NCBI RefSeq assembly: GCF_964194155.1
Contig: NC_135904.1
Span: 21,824,001-21,888,000 of the forward strand
Reading direction: 5' to 3'
DNA: 64,000 nt
Source: Cetorhinus maximus
Taxonomy: Eukaryota
Under the pieces are notes generated by a model. It did no database searches, was not told the DNA's origin, and saw only the letters and a list, made by a program, of their open reading frames with translations. Position 1 is the stretch's first letter; the number at the start of each line of letters is the position of its first letter. This document shows positions 1-13,900 of this stretch, piece by piece. The translations under genes were made by a program, and so were the position numbers.

Positions 1-1061
1 AAACACACACACACACTCACACACATAAGACATACAACAAAGATTTTAAGGGTGAGGTAAAAACAGCTCGATAGCACCAATCTGGAGTACAGGGTTAGAT
101 GAGTTGCTTTTGCTTGAAGTCTTCCAAGTTCCTTGCAGACTTGTACTAATGATAAGAGATGATCTTTCAACACTTCCAGTCTGTAGTTTACTAGTTGAAA
201 ACCTACTTTTAATGTCTCTACTAGTGATTTCTGCCCTTTTCTCTTGACAGGTGTTTCTCAAAAAAACAGGATACGGAGATGTGAGGGATAACCAGCTAAT
301 TACTATGGCAAGATTATTGGAGTTTTACCAAAAATACAGGAGAGAGATATTTTTTAGGTCATTCCTCTTGGCAGGTTGGGATCCTTCTGCTGGCCACTGG
401 TATCACAAAACCCTGGTCACCTGGTCAGCAGCCAATCAAACGCCGTTGCTAGGTAATTCTCTCTTAAACCATGTCCTTTCCAGCACCATCGTCCAACCTG
501 CCACACGCTGCTCCAAGAAGTAGCAACATTGTAGATTTTCTCCTCCTGCTTCAGGGAATATGTTTTTTTACGTTGCAGCCATTGTAGGTATTTAAAGCCA
601 CAGTCCAAGAAAAAATAAAATTATGTTATTTACAATGTGCAGAGGCAAAGTCGAGGTGTCTGAGGGAGGGCACAACCTCCAAACAACCCATCTACCCAAG
701 TCTTCAAGCGCCACCTGCTGCGCATTTGGCAGAGTCTGCAGATTGCGCATTGGACTTATCAGCCAACTCTGGACTCATCGAACCTGGACTGGAAAGAAGT
801 CACCCTTGATCCCAAGGCACTGCCTAAGAAGGACATAGGGATAGCTAGTTCCCACCTTTGCCCCCCAAACTCAGCCATGTACCCCTTCCCCTACTGCCTG
901 GCTGGATAGGCCTGAAGATCCTTGTGGGACCAATATAGTGACACACAAGCAATAATTTTGACTTCCCCAGAGGCTGGTGCTTAAAAATACCGACAATAAA
1001 TCATTCGGTCAAATCAGGTGCCAGGCAGGGAAGCCTACCTGAAAAGCGGAGTGCCTGGTAT

Positions 1062-1285
1062 AAAACCAGAGTCATGAATCTTTGGAATCCTCTTCCTCAA
1101 AGGGTGGTGGAAGCAGAGTCTTAGAATATTTTTAAAGCAGAGCTAGATAGATCCTTGATAAGCAAGGAGGCGAAAGGTTATCGGGGTAGGTGGGAATGTG
1201 GATCAGCCATGATCTCATTGACTGATGGAGCAAGCTCAAGGGGCCGAGTGGCCTACTCCTGCTCCTAATTCATATGTTTATATGA
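1062..1285 (+). mobile_element. CR1 3' end fragment
   Basis: tggaatcctcttcctcaaagggtggtggaagc...ggcctactcctgctcctaattcatatgtt. Confidence 0.75.
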
Positions 1286-3010
1286 ATGGCCACCCTACTG
1301 CAGACACAAGAGTCAATGGGAAATTCTGATGATTCTACAACTTGGGCTGCCTTGCATCTTCTCACGATGCCAACATGATAAGCAGTAGCAAAATCTTAGA
1401 TTGTCACACAGCTAGACTAACTGTGATATAGAATAAGCCAAGTTATTCTGATGCTTGCTAAAAGGATTTGAAGTTCCGTAAAAGTCCCAAGTGACAGAGT
1501 GATTGCATCTGTGCCTAAAAATAATTTGAAACACTTTTCTTGGTGTTATTTGAGTGCGGTTACAGGTTGACTGTTACATTGACCAATTCCTTTGGCAGGA
1601 AGGGGCTAGTCTAACTTCAATGGCACTATCACGTTATTTACAATATAAGATTTTGAACACTATGACTTGAGTAAGGGTGAAATTTGCTGTCAGAATTTTA
1701 GAAGTATAGTTGTATTCTGTATGCATATTGTGACGCCACACGTTACAGAAGAGTGAGGGCACACAGCAGGCAGAATGGGATTTGACAAATGAAATCAGCA
1801 AAGGGTTTTAACACAAAACAAGTGCACTAGCCTTAATTGCCTTGTGTGAGTCTGCAGTTAATTTTGCATGACAGTTTATTGTAAAACTTGATGAATTACA
1901 GTGCTAAATCTTGTGCTTTGTTTTGGTGTTTGTCCATGAATCTGTGAATTGCTATGAATGAATAGCCTTAGCCACTGGTGTAAATAGCTTAGGAATGGTG
2001 ATGGGAAAAATAGGCCATTACAGATCACAGCTAATGGGAAATGCTGATGACTAGTACGGCTGTTATTATTAGACAGTGATAGTAATCACATGTAAATATG
2101 CCTAGTAACTTGAAATAAGCTCTTTTCCACCATTTAGTTTTGAAGAGAATTTAAACCTTTATTTTGATCCATTTCATGGTATCTCATTTATATTGCATTC
2201 AGTTCTGATTGACCAACTGAGTCACCATGTAACAGTCATTGAATGTGGATTGACCCACTGAAGGGCTTAAATCCTGTGGCATTGCACCGTGCATGTAGTA
2301 TTTACAGGTAGACCAATACCAGAAAATTCAGCTTAGGTGGGCAGGCCATATCTACCCATGGATGAGTGCAGAATACCCAATCAGATATTCTATGGGGAAC
2401 TGTCTCTGGGCAAATGACATCAAGATGGTCAGTACAAACAATACAAGGAAACCCTTACAAAGAGCCTTACAAACATCTGCATTGCAGGCCACCACTCTTG
2501 AGAAAACACTGCAGCAAACCAGCTCACGTGGAAGCAGGTACTGAAATTTGGTTCAGGATATTTCAAAGGCCATCTATGCCAAACTCACAACATCTGAGTT
2601 GCCCATAGGGAGTTCAGAGGTGACGCAGCTGCATAAGCGCCCTCAAGCAAAAAAATAAATGCAACAAAAACATGAACTACCAGTCTGTGGACATCCATAC
2701 TGATCCCATATCAGACTATTCCTTCATGAGAACACCCACAGAAAATGATGAGAGCACTTACAGCATGGACATACTCCAACAACGAGGAATTCACCAACAT
2801 TTACGTGCACATCATAACTGCAGAATAGATGCTATAACTCAGCCCAGACTACAGACTGAATCTAGGAGCTTTCTGGACAGTCTGGTTCCCCAGTATACAT
2901 ACCTCACTTACTCTCTCTTTATTATTTCAAACAGGACTTCAGTTAGGGCCTGGCTTAGTTAAGTTTTGAAAGCAAAAATGCTCATGAAGCATTAACGTAT
3001 AGTAGATCTT

Positions 3011-3425
3011 GGGCTGAATTTTCATAGTTGTGCAGAGATAGGACCAGTACGGGCTTGCCGGTAATCTTTCACTACTGGCTGGTGTGCCAATCTGTTGGCA
3101 TGTTCCCGGTTCCAACCTATTTTGAGGGAAGGTGCTTCTGAGGAGTGAGAGCTATTTGCCAGCCAGTGGCAGGTAGCTAATTGGGACTATTGTGGGCACT
3201 TTTTTTTTTAAATATTGGAAAGTCTTCTGGGGCCACTTCCATGTTGAGGTGCCCTTATGGTTTCCCACCCACTCCAGCAGTGCCCACCTCTGAACTTCAT
3301 GTGCAGGATGGCCTCCTATTGGCTACTATGAAGGCTGCCTCCTCAAAAATCGTCCTCTGGGTCCCACCACCAACATTTATGGGATCCCAATGGCAGCGTT
3401 GGGACCTGGTAATGAAAATCTGCCT
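3011..3425. mobile_element. Non-autonomous Harbinger-type MITE
   Basis: Terminal inverted repeats gggctgaattttcat / atgaaaatctgcct, similar to the Harbinger ends; GC-rich interior. Confidence 0.55.
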
Positions 3426-3973
3426 GTTGTTTTGTTGTGTGGGGTTAGTGGTTTTGGGGACAGAATTGAAGTGAAACATTAGGAAAAGAAACGCTCCACA
3501 CCAGTACTTCTGGTACCCATTCAGAGATCACAACCTCAGGCCCTCGGTCAGTTTTGGACTGACAGGTGATGGAGCTCCAATTAATAATATTGTTTGTTCA
3601 CACATATTGAGGGGTATGGTTATTAAAAAAAGTATGGATGATGGCGTGATAAGTTTCTAAATACAAGAATCCCTCCAAAATCTTAAAAAATAAGTAGATG
3701 GAATTTTCTCAGTTATGCTTGTGAGTGGGGCCTTCGAACAACTCATTGCCTGAGATTGTGGTCCTTCACCATAAAGATGCCATAGAGGGGTGTTTGTCTT
3801 TTTTAAAAAAAAACACAAAATAAGGGAACAAATGCTGATGATCATTAAAGGAATATTGAAATTATCGGATTGAATTGGATTTTTAATACTGTTGGATAAT
3901 AATCCAGTAATGTTATATAGTATGGTATAAAAATGAATTGTTTTGAAAATATAGAGCCAGACTTACAAAGGAT

Positions 3974-4815
3974 TGTTATATCACAGCAGATGGTAAATGC
4001 TGAGTACTTCCAATCCCAGAGGGAAACTTGAAATAACTATCACATCTAATTTTCAATTTGTATGTTTCGAATTGCAGGCTTTGAATTCAGTAATAATAAG
4101 ACCACCGAGTCTTAAGAGGTTTTTAGAAAACTAAATTAAACATTTATTAACAAAAGAAAAGATTATAAGCACATACATATGTCTTCAAATTACTGCTACA
4201 ATAACTTTTAAATCCCCTAGTTAATCTGATTCCCAGTTACACCTTCATTAAGGCAACAGTAAACCGCATAGGTTTTAAAAGACCCAGGCAAAGTAAACGA
4301 TACCCTGAAAAGTCAAATTCAAAGTGAGGTCTCTTTATTTAGTCCCTGGAGGCAGCGATTTGTTATATTCAGGCTGAAGACATTGAATCTTAGACTGCCT
4401 ATCCTTACATACAGCCTTTGCTCCTTTATACATATTTTCCCCTTTGAATACAAATACCCATTATTTCACTATGTCTTTGGACTTTACCTTCCTGATAATA
4501 AAAATCTTTCATAGCACTAAGTTTTACCAGTAATCTTTGGGAAAAATAAACACAGTTTCTAAACTCCACCTGGCTAGGTGACACATTTCACTCCCTCCTT
4601 TGAAAACAATCTAGTCTGGTTCATTTAAAATGCAAATGTCCATTTACACCTTACATTCTTAACTTCCCCCATATTTACCATGTTTACATCAAAGCCTTCA
4701 GGCCTTTAATCCAATTAAGTCTCACACACACACACACATACACATACAGACACAGATACCACTATTTTACAATAAATTCCAATAACATTGTGAGAATTAT
4801 TATATCTTCCTGACA
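3974..4815 (-). mobile_element. Solo LTR (TG...CA) with 4-bp TSD GGAT
   Basis: ggat|TGTTATATCACAGCAG ... CTTCCTGACA|ggat; clearly similar to 33473-34273; orientation inferred from TTTATT on +. Confidence 0.8.
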
Positions 4816-5329
4816 GGATTCAAGAGTATATTGTTTATTATAAGCTCATTGGCTTCATGAACAGTGTTTTCTGAATAATTATTTTGGAGTTTTGCATTTT
4901 TGCAATCTACTTATCAAATCATTGTCTTCAGTACTCGATCTTTACCGAATATTTCATCATGATCTGACAGCCTGCAACATTGATGGCTTAATCTCGTTTC
5001 TTAGTAACCAAACTAGTCTGGGAGAAAGGGAATTTTCTGTTTCATGTTTGCTTAAGAAATAACAGTTCTCGTATTTAATTTGATTGGCAGGCACTGAAAG
5101 GGAAGCTTAGATTCCTAACATAAAGGCACCTCAAAAGGTCTGGCGTGTCAGATATGTTACCTTCTCTGTCTCTTATTTCTGTTTCTCTGCATATATTAAT
5201 TAATGAATTGGTTTCAAAAATTTCATTAACAGTATACAAATTAAAAGGCATATTTGTTTTGTCTGCTGATTAACTTTCCACTACATTTTAACTAGTGCAT
5301 AGTTTTTCTTTCACTAGTCACTCATCATA

Positions 5330-5615
5330 AAGAAAAACTTGCATTTATATAGCGTTTTTCAATACCTGAGGTTGTCCCAAAGCACCTTCAAATATAGTCA
5401 CTGTTGTAATGTAGAAAGTGGAGCAGCGAATGTGCGTACAGCAAGGTCCCACAAACAGCAATGAGTTAATAAGCATACGATCTTTCTAGTGATGTTGGTT
5501 GAGGGATACTTGTTAGTCAGGACACTGAAAAGGACACTCTTTGAATAGTGATGTAGGTTCTTTTACATCCACCTTTGAGAGTGGACAGGCCCTCACTTAA
5601 TGTTTCATCTGAAAG
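5330..5615 (-). mobile_element. Deu-domain SINE (SacSINE1/AmnSINE-like) fragment
   Basis: acttgcatttatatagcg...acagcaaggtcccacaaacagcaatg...gatgttggttgagggata; homologous to 6810-7190 and the reverse of 53775-54145. Confidence 0.7.
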
Positions 5616-6809
5616 GTGAGTGTTGCACATGGGGAATCAAGACCCCCCCCTGTGCTCAGGCAAAGTGGAATTAGGGGGTGAGGTCGGGGGAATCTAATTG
5701 GATCAGGGCATGCAGACCCACTTCTGTCCAAATTTTAAAACCATCCATTTTGTCATCATTTTTATATAATAATTGTTCAATTTTATGTTATTATTTGTAT
5801 TTAAATAGCAAAATAGTGGTAGAGTTGCTTGGAATCTAGGAATGTATCTGAAGCACAGACTGAGAAGCTGGCAACTGCAAAGCTAAGGTGCTTTAGCATT
5901 ACCAGGGCCAGGAAAGCAGAATTATAGGCTGGAATTTCTCTTGAGCGGATGGGATCTTACCAAATAGTTGTAGAACCAGTGTGCAACCCCCATCAGTACC
6001 ATGGGGGAGGACTGACAGAATCAATGCTCCCCAGGCATTTAAGTGGCCTTCTCCCTGATTGAGATCCCTGATGGCAGAGAGATTGATGGCCTGCTGAGAG
6101 GTGCTGGTCAGTAAGAGGCCGGAAACTCTTCATTGCTGCCAGCACTAGCAGGAGTGGTGGCAACTGGCGGCAGTACACCAACCAGAGGCCCAGTGAATGA
6201 GGGCGGGTTGGGGCTCATGGGAGGGGGCAGGGTGGTTGGGGCAGGTTAGTGGCTTTCAAGCGGCCCCTCTTCCCGATGCTGGGTCCCTCGATCAGGCACA
6301 GAGTGCCTGACAATAAGGGACGCCTCCTCCACTGGGAGGCTAGTCAAACCTGATTGGGTGGCCTATCAAAGGTGCGGGAAAGCCTTGTGACACTCTCATT
6401 TAATCCCTGAGCCACCACTAAATTGTGGTGGGCTCAGGGATAATGTGCATTACTTAGCTCATCGATAACCTAATTGACATCCAGCTGGAGATGGCTGGGA
6501 AACCTGTGTCAGCCCCTTCCGCCCTCTGACTTTATTGGGATGAGGTTTTACTGCTGGCGGGAGACTGACAGGAGGGTCTCTCCCATGATTAAGTAAGCCA
6601 AGCTGCCATATTTCCCACAGCGATGGGCTGCACTGAATCTAGTCCATAGTGTAACAAGTTTACACAGGCAGTTACCATAATAAATGTGGAAATAGGAATT
6701 TATAATGGGAGATGTTGGCACAATATGATAAAAATGTGATAACAAGAAGTAAGTTCTTATGGATACAAAGTGCATATAGACATTAGATTTTTAAGATCTT
6801 ACTACATAA

Positions 6810-7190
6810 AAAAAGACTTACATTTATATAGCACTTTTCACGAGCACTGGATATTTCAAAGTGCTTTATAGCCAATGAAGTGCTTTTTGAAGTGTAATTA
6901 CTGTTTTAATTCAGGAAACACAGCAGCCAATTTGCACACAGCAAACTCCCACAAACAACAATGTGATATTGACCAGATAATTTGTTTTTGTGATGTTGAT
7001 TGAAGGATAAATATTGCTGTCTAAGGCACCAGGGATAACTCTCCTGGTCTTCTTCTAAATAGTGCCATGGGATGTTTGACATCCACTCGAGCAGGCAGTT
7101 GGGACCTTGGTTTAACATATCATTCGAAAGAAGGAACCTCCGACAGTGCAGCGCTCCCTCAGTACTGCACTGGAGTGTCAGCTTTGGTTT
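6810..7190 (-). mobile_element. Deu-domain SINE
   Basis: acttacatttatatagcac...ctcccacaaacaacaatgtgata...gacagtgcagcgctccctcagtactgcactggagtgtcagc. Confidence 0.75.
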
Positions 7191-8985
7191 TTTGATGTTG
7201 CCAATAGGAAGTTAAGACCATGTGTAACCTAAAGAGTGGTTAAAGGGTGGGAGATAATTGAACCAGTGCATACAGATGTTTTTCAGTTCATATTTTAAAG
7301 TCACGAATTCTGTCCTAATTTTGAGATTTTCATTGTAATTTCCACAAAAACTGCTTAAGTAATCTTGCTACACTATAATTAAACCCTCCTCCAATGTACT
7401 TGTGCACAGATATAAGACTGATATTTTAATATTATAATTTGATGAAAATTTGGAATTGCTGTAAGAAAAGATATTTTCTATGCTGTTGACAGCAGCTGGG
7501 CATCTGGAAAATTCATGGTAAAATATCACAACTTTTGCATTAAAATTGATATTCAGGTGTAAATTATATAAAAGATATATGGGCACCCAGGGAATCTCCA
7601 GCTGCAAATATGTTATGGAGTCTAATATTTTATTAATGTTCTGATGGTCTTATAAGGTGACACTGAACTTCTGTAGAACTTGCGTAATAAAATTGCACTC
7701 ATGAGGGAAATGAAATTAGAACCAGAGGCCAAATGGAACTATAAAGAGTATGAATGTATGTGAGACTGAGGCAATCAAAATGGGACAGTATTAGGCCTTG
7801 TATGTCAGTACATAACCTCTTAGTAATTAAGTCACTGACTTTTATCTGGCAACTTCATCATAGAAAACATCTTTAAGGATCCTGTAATGTAAATATAAAG
7901 TACTTGGTGTTAGAGGACAAAATTTGTTTCACCTGGGGTCCTAGGCTCTGATACAGCCTGACTGATAGACTGGAAATCTCCTTGCTGTATTGGTTGTAAG
8001 AGTCGTTATTGAACTTAATTTGTAACTGCAATTCAATGCCATGGGCTTCCAAGTTTGCATCTTAAAGCTGGCCAGCAATAGAACTAAATTGACAGACTTA
8101 TTGAAGAAGATGGCATAGGACAACTGGTGTGGAAAAAGGAAAGGTGGTGGCACTGGTACAGTGGGTAATATCATGACTAGTGTCATTTTCAGAAATTTTA
8201 TTGACTATGAATGGGGGGATAGAGAGGGACTTTCACTTTTTATCGAGCACCTGATATACCTGACTTGGGAATACTTGCTGCTGACATTGAGTCTACCAGT
8301 CCTCAGCGTCAAAGTCCTTAATTTCACCAAATACTTTTTAAAATTTCTGTCTCCAATTGTCTTCTCTGAGTATGTTCAAAAATCCTGGGAATAATCTGTA
8401 GATACCAGCAGCACCCTGGGATTTTATCCAAGTGGCAATACTTCATGGGCCATAACTGAATGATTTCTATTGATGCATGAGGAACATCAGAATCAAAAGA
8501 ACCACTTAATTAATTACATAATGTCTACATATCCATTCTGTCACATGCCACTGTTAATAGGGAGTGAGAAACTGAAGTGATTCTTTTCCCCCCACCCTCT
8601 CCATCCAGGTTATTGAGGCCAATTGGACTGCCCCAGCAGAGATTAAGTAATTCACCACAAACCAAGAATCAGACCTTCTGATCTGTGCTACTCAGTATGA
8701 CACCAGGCAGTCTGTCTATTTACCGGGACGATTGAAGAGCTCAACTATGAATCTAAAACCAATTTGGCATGAAATACCTTCGAAAATCACTATATTCCTG
8801 AATGAACATCCAGAATTGAAATTGAGGTTGCTAAGGGAGAAAATTTGGTTTTGTATAACCACTGGGGATTCTGTGTGGAATTACATTTATTTATTGTATG
8901 TGCTCTGAATTGGCAAAAGTACAGTGGCTTCATGATAGAGATCACATAGCACCAGGCAGTATTTTATTCTATTAAGAGGCCATCA

Positions 8986-10299
8986 GAAACATAGAAAATA
9001 GGAGGAGGAGTAGGCCATTCGGCCCTTCGATCCTGCTCCGCTGTTCATTATGATCATGGCTGATCATCTAACTCAATAGCCTGCTCCCGCTTTCTCCCCA
9101 TACCCTTTGATCCCTTTCGCCCCAAGAGCTATATCTAACTCCTTGAAAACATACAATGTTTTGGCCTCAACTACTTTCTGTGATAGTGAATTCCACAGGC
9201 TCACCACTCTCTGGCTGAAGAAATTTCTCCTCATCTCAGTCCTAAATGGTCTATCCCATATCCTCAGACTGTGACCCCTGGTTCTGGACGCCCCCACCAT
9301 CGGGAACATCCTTCTTGCATCTACCCTGTCTAGTCCTGTTAGATTTTTATAGCTTTCTATGAGATCCCCCCTCATTCTTCTGAACTCCAGTGAATACAAT
9401 CCTAACCGACTCAATCTCACCTCATATGTCAGTTCCGCCATCCCAGGAATCAGTCTGGTAAAACTTCGCTGCACTCCCTCCATAGCAAGAACATCCTTCC
9501 TCAGATAAGGAGGCCAAAACTACACACAATATTCCAGGTGCGGTCTCACCAAGGCCGTGTATAATTGCAGCAGGGCGTCCCTGCTCCTGTACTTGAATCC
9601 TCTCACTATGAAGGCCAACACACTATTTGCCTTCTTTACTGTCTGCTGCATCTGCATGCTTACCTTCAGCGACTGGTGTACAAGGACACCCAGGTCTCAT
9701 TGCACATTCCCCTCTCTCAATTTATAGCCATTCAGATAATAATCTGCCTTCCTGTTTTTGCTACTAAAATGGATAACCTCACATTTCTCCACATTATACT
9801 GCATCTGCCATGCATTTGCCCATTCACTCAGCTTGTTCAAATCACACTGAAGCATCTCTGCATCCTCCTCACAGCTTGCCCTCCCACCCAGCTTTGTGTC
9901 ATCTGCAAATCTGGAGATATTACATTTAGTTCCCTCATCTAAATCATTAATATATATTGTGAATAGCTGGGGTCCGAGCACCGATCTCTGTGGTACCCCA
10001 CTAGTCACTGCCTGCCATTTGGAAAAAGACCCATTTATTCCTACTCTTTGTTTCCTGTCTGCCAACCAGTTTTCTTTCCATCTCAATACACTACCCCCAA
10101 TTCCATGTGCTTTAATTTTAAATGCTAATCTCTTATGTGGGACTTTGTCGAAAGCCCTCTGAAAGTCCAAATAAACCACTTCCACTGGCTCCCCCTCATC
10201 AACTCCACTAGTTACATCCTCAAAAAATTCCAGTAGATTTGTCAAGCATGATTTCCCTTTCATAAATCTATGCTGACTCTGTCCGATTCTGCCATTGTT
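8986..10299 (-). mobile_element. 5'-truncated CR1 LINE (RT C-terminal half and 3' UTR), same family as 10922-15386, inverted
   Basis: ORFs 9697-10263 and 9073-9483 encode RT (MKGKSCLTNLLEFFE, FADDTK); reverse complement of ~14076-15386. Confidence 0.95.
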
Positions 10300-10921
10300 A
10301 GACCAAGTTTTGAAACTTGGTTAAGGTCACAGAAATCCTGTTTACAAACACAGTATTCATTTTTTTCCCATCCACTAGCTGATTTGTTTGTAATTATTCT
10401 GGCTGAAAGCAGTCATGGGCCTTCCTGCTCTGTGGCTTCATAGCACAATGAAACTCCTGCAATGACATTTCTTCACTGTCAACCATTTAAATACAATTTA
10501 GCCAGAAGTCTAGCAAAATGACAAATAATTATTTAATTAAGCAACTAGGGCATAAGGAGGTATAAGTAATTATGCACAAATTTATTTAACAGCTACAGAG
10601 GAATCAGTTGGAGGACACGAGTGCGGCTCATTTAATGCTGGTGACACCATTTTGTTTCATATCTTGATCCAAAGGCTATGAAGTGGCACGGTAATGACGT
10701 CAGCATCCAAGCACTAGCTCAGCAGGTGGATTGGCAACACACACATTGACGTACATATACGTATACAGAAGGTTAAACCAGTTCAAAGTTTTCAAATTCC
10801 AGTAAAAATCAGTAATACTGGAGTTCCATTTTGAGGTATACAAGACCAGTTTGGACAAGTTTTACTGGTGCCCTTCATTTCCAAGTTTTATTGTTTTCCT
10901 CCTGGCTACATCTCTGCTTTT

Positions 10922-13900
10922 AGTTTGAAGAGAGGAGAGTGTGAAAGGAGGGCTCTGGGACAGGCAGTCAGCAGCGCCTAGAGGAGAGTGCGAGAGGAGG
11001 ACTCTGGGACAGGCAGTCAGCAGCACCTAGAGGAGAGTGTGAGAGGAGGACTCTGGGACAGGCAGTCAGCAGCACCTAGAGGAGTCAGCAGTTGAAAAGG
11101 AGCGCGAGAGGAGTCAGGAGTTGAAGAGAAGCACGAGAGGACTTAGGAGTTGAAGAGAAGCTGGGAGAGCAGGGGTGACTGAGGGAGTTCGGTGAGGAGG
11201 GAACAAGGTGATCCTTTGAGTACCGTGGGTACGGCCGGGTAAGCATTTACTATTTTTATTGCTTACAGTTTTTAAGGTCTTATTTTGTGGTTCATCATTT
11301 GTAGGGGCTATATTCTGTAACAATGGGGAGCAGGGAAGAAGGGCCCAAGAGTAATTGACATTAAGTATCTTCCAAAAGGTTTAATTTAATTTAAAGGGGT
11401 AAGTCGTGGCAGGAGAGCTCAAAGCCATGGTGTGCTCCTCCTGCTCTATGTGGGAAGCTGGGTACATTTCCAGTGCCCGGGGCCAGCGTGTGTGCGGGAA
11501 GTGTCTCCAGCTGCAGCTCCTGGAAGCCCGGGTTTTGGAGCTGGAGCAGCGACTGGGGACACTGTGGAGCATCCGCAAGGCAGAGAGTATCATGGATAGC
11601 ACATATAGAGAGGTGGTCACACCGCAGGCTAAGAGTCCACAGGCAGGAAGGGAATGGGTGATCACCAGGCAAAGCAAGAGGACTAGGCAGGCAGTGCAGG
11701 AATCTCCTGTGGCTATTCTCCTGCAAAACAGATATACCACTTTTGATACTATTGGGGGAATGGCCTCTCAGGAGAAAGTAGCAACAACCAAATTCGTTGC
11801 ACTGCGGTTGGCTCTGCTGCACAGGGGAGGAGTAAAAAGTGTGGGAATGCAATAGCTATGGGGGATTTAATTGTAAGGGGAATAGATAGGTGTTTCTGTG
11901 GCCGCAAATAAGACTCCAGGATGGTATGTTGCCTCCCTGGTGCTAGGGTCAAAGATGTCTCAGAGCGGCTAGAGGTCATTCTGAAGGGGGATGGTGAACA
12001 GCCAGTGGTCGTGGTACACATTGGTACAAACGACATAGGTAAAAAAAGGGATGAGGTCCTAAAAGCAGTATATAAGGAGTTAGGAAATAAGTTGAAAAGC
12101 AGGACCTCAAAGGCAGTGATCTCAGGATTGCTACCAGTGCCATGTGCCAGTCAGAGTAGAAATAGCAGGATATATCGGATGAAGTGGCTGAAGTGACGGT
12201 GTAAAGGGGAGGGTTTCAGGTTCCTGGGGCATTGGGACCAGTTCTGGGGGAGGTGGGACCAGTACAGACAGAACAGGTTGCACCTGGGCAGGACCGGGAC
12301 TGATGTCCTAGGGGGAATATTTGCTAGAGTGGTTGGGGAGGGGTTAAACTAAAATGACAGGGGGTTGTGAACCTATGCAAGGAGTAAGAGGAAGGGGAAT
12401 TAAAGACAAGAACAAAAGACAGAAAGCGGAATAAGAAAAGTGATAATCAGAGAAATCAAGGGCAAGAATCAAGCAGGGCCTCAGTGAAAAATAGTGGGAA
12501 CAGGACAAGTAATGTTAAAAAGACAAGCCTTAAGGCTTTGTGCCTAATGCGATGAGCATTCACAATAAAGTGGATGAATTAACCGTGCAAATAGATGTAA
12601 ACAGGTATGATATAGTAGGATTACGGAGACATGGCTGCAGGGTGACCAGGGATGGGAACTGAACGTCCAAAGGTATTCAGTATTTAGGAAGGACAGACAA
12701 AAAGGAAAAGGCGGTGGAGTTGCATTGCTGGTTAAAGAGGAAATTAACGCAATAGTTAGGAAAGATATTAGCTCCGCCGATGTAGAATCAGTATGGCTAG
12801 AGCTCAGAAACACTAAGGGGCAAAAAACGTTAGTGGGGGTTGTATATAGACCCACAAACTGTAGTGGTGATGTTGGTAATGGCATTAAACATGAAATTAG
12901 AGATGCATGTAATAAAGAAACATCTGTAATTATGGGTGACTTTAATATGCATATAGATTGGGCAAATCAAATTAGTAACAATACCATAGAGGAGGAATTC
13001 CTGGAGTGTATACGGGATGTTTTTCTGGACCAATACGTTGAGGAACCAACGAGAGAACAGGCCATCTTCGACTGGGTATTGTGTAATGAGAAAGGAATAA
13101 TTGGCAATCTAGTTCTGCGAGGCCCCTTGGGGATGAGCGACCATAATATGATAGAATTCTTCATCAAGATGGAGAGTGACGTAATTGATTCTGAGGCTTG
13201 GGTCCTGAAATTTAATAAAGGAAACTACGATGGTATGAGGCGTGAGTTGGCTATGATGGATTGGGAAACGTTACTTAAAAGGATGGCGGTGGATAGGCAA
13301 TGGCAAACATTCAAAGAGCGCATGGGTGAACTGCAACAATTGTTTATTCCTGTCTGGCGCAAAAGTAAAACAGGAATGGTGGCCAAACCATGGCTTAGAT
13401 GCAAGGAAGAGGCATACAAATTGGCCAGAAAAAACAACAAACCTGGGGATTGGGAGCAGTTTAGAATTCAGCAAAGGAGGACCAAGGGATTGATTAAGAA
13501 GGGGAAAATACAGTACGAGAGTAAGCTTGCAGGGAACATAAAAACTGACTGTAAAAGTTTCTATAGGTATGTGAAGAGAAAAAGATTGGTGAAGACAAAT
13601 GTAGGTCTCTTACAGTCAGAAGCAGGGGAATTTATAATGGGGAACAAAGAAATGGCTAACCAACTAAATACATAATTTGGTTCTGTCTTCACAAAGGAGG
13701 ACACTAATAACATACCAGAAATGTTGGGGAACACAGGGTTTAGTGAGAGGGAGGAATTGAAAGAAAGTATTATTAGAGAAATGGTGTTGGGGAAATTGAT
13801 GGGATTGAAGGCCGATAAATCCCCGGGGGCCTGATAATCTACATCCCAGAGTGCTTAAGGAAGTAGCCCTAGAAATAGTGGATGCATTGGTGGTCATCTT

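Noticed and set aside
251-523. ORF after an acceptor-like site as an exon of the upstream neighbour (PYGO1 in human)
   Set aside because: No recognisable PYGO1 PHD/NHD or other homology; the region looks like repeat-derived sequence
10690-10705. Perfect CRE palindrome TGACGTCA upstream of the CR1
   Set aside because: A single 8-mer with no supporting promoter context; expected by chance in 64 kb
10932-11084. Regularly spaced repeats as a CRISPR-like array
   Set aside because: Head-to-tail tandem units with no unique spacers, inside a LINE 5' UTR in a vertebrate genome
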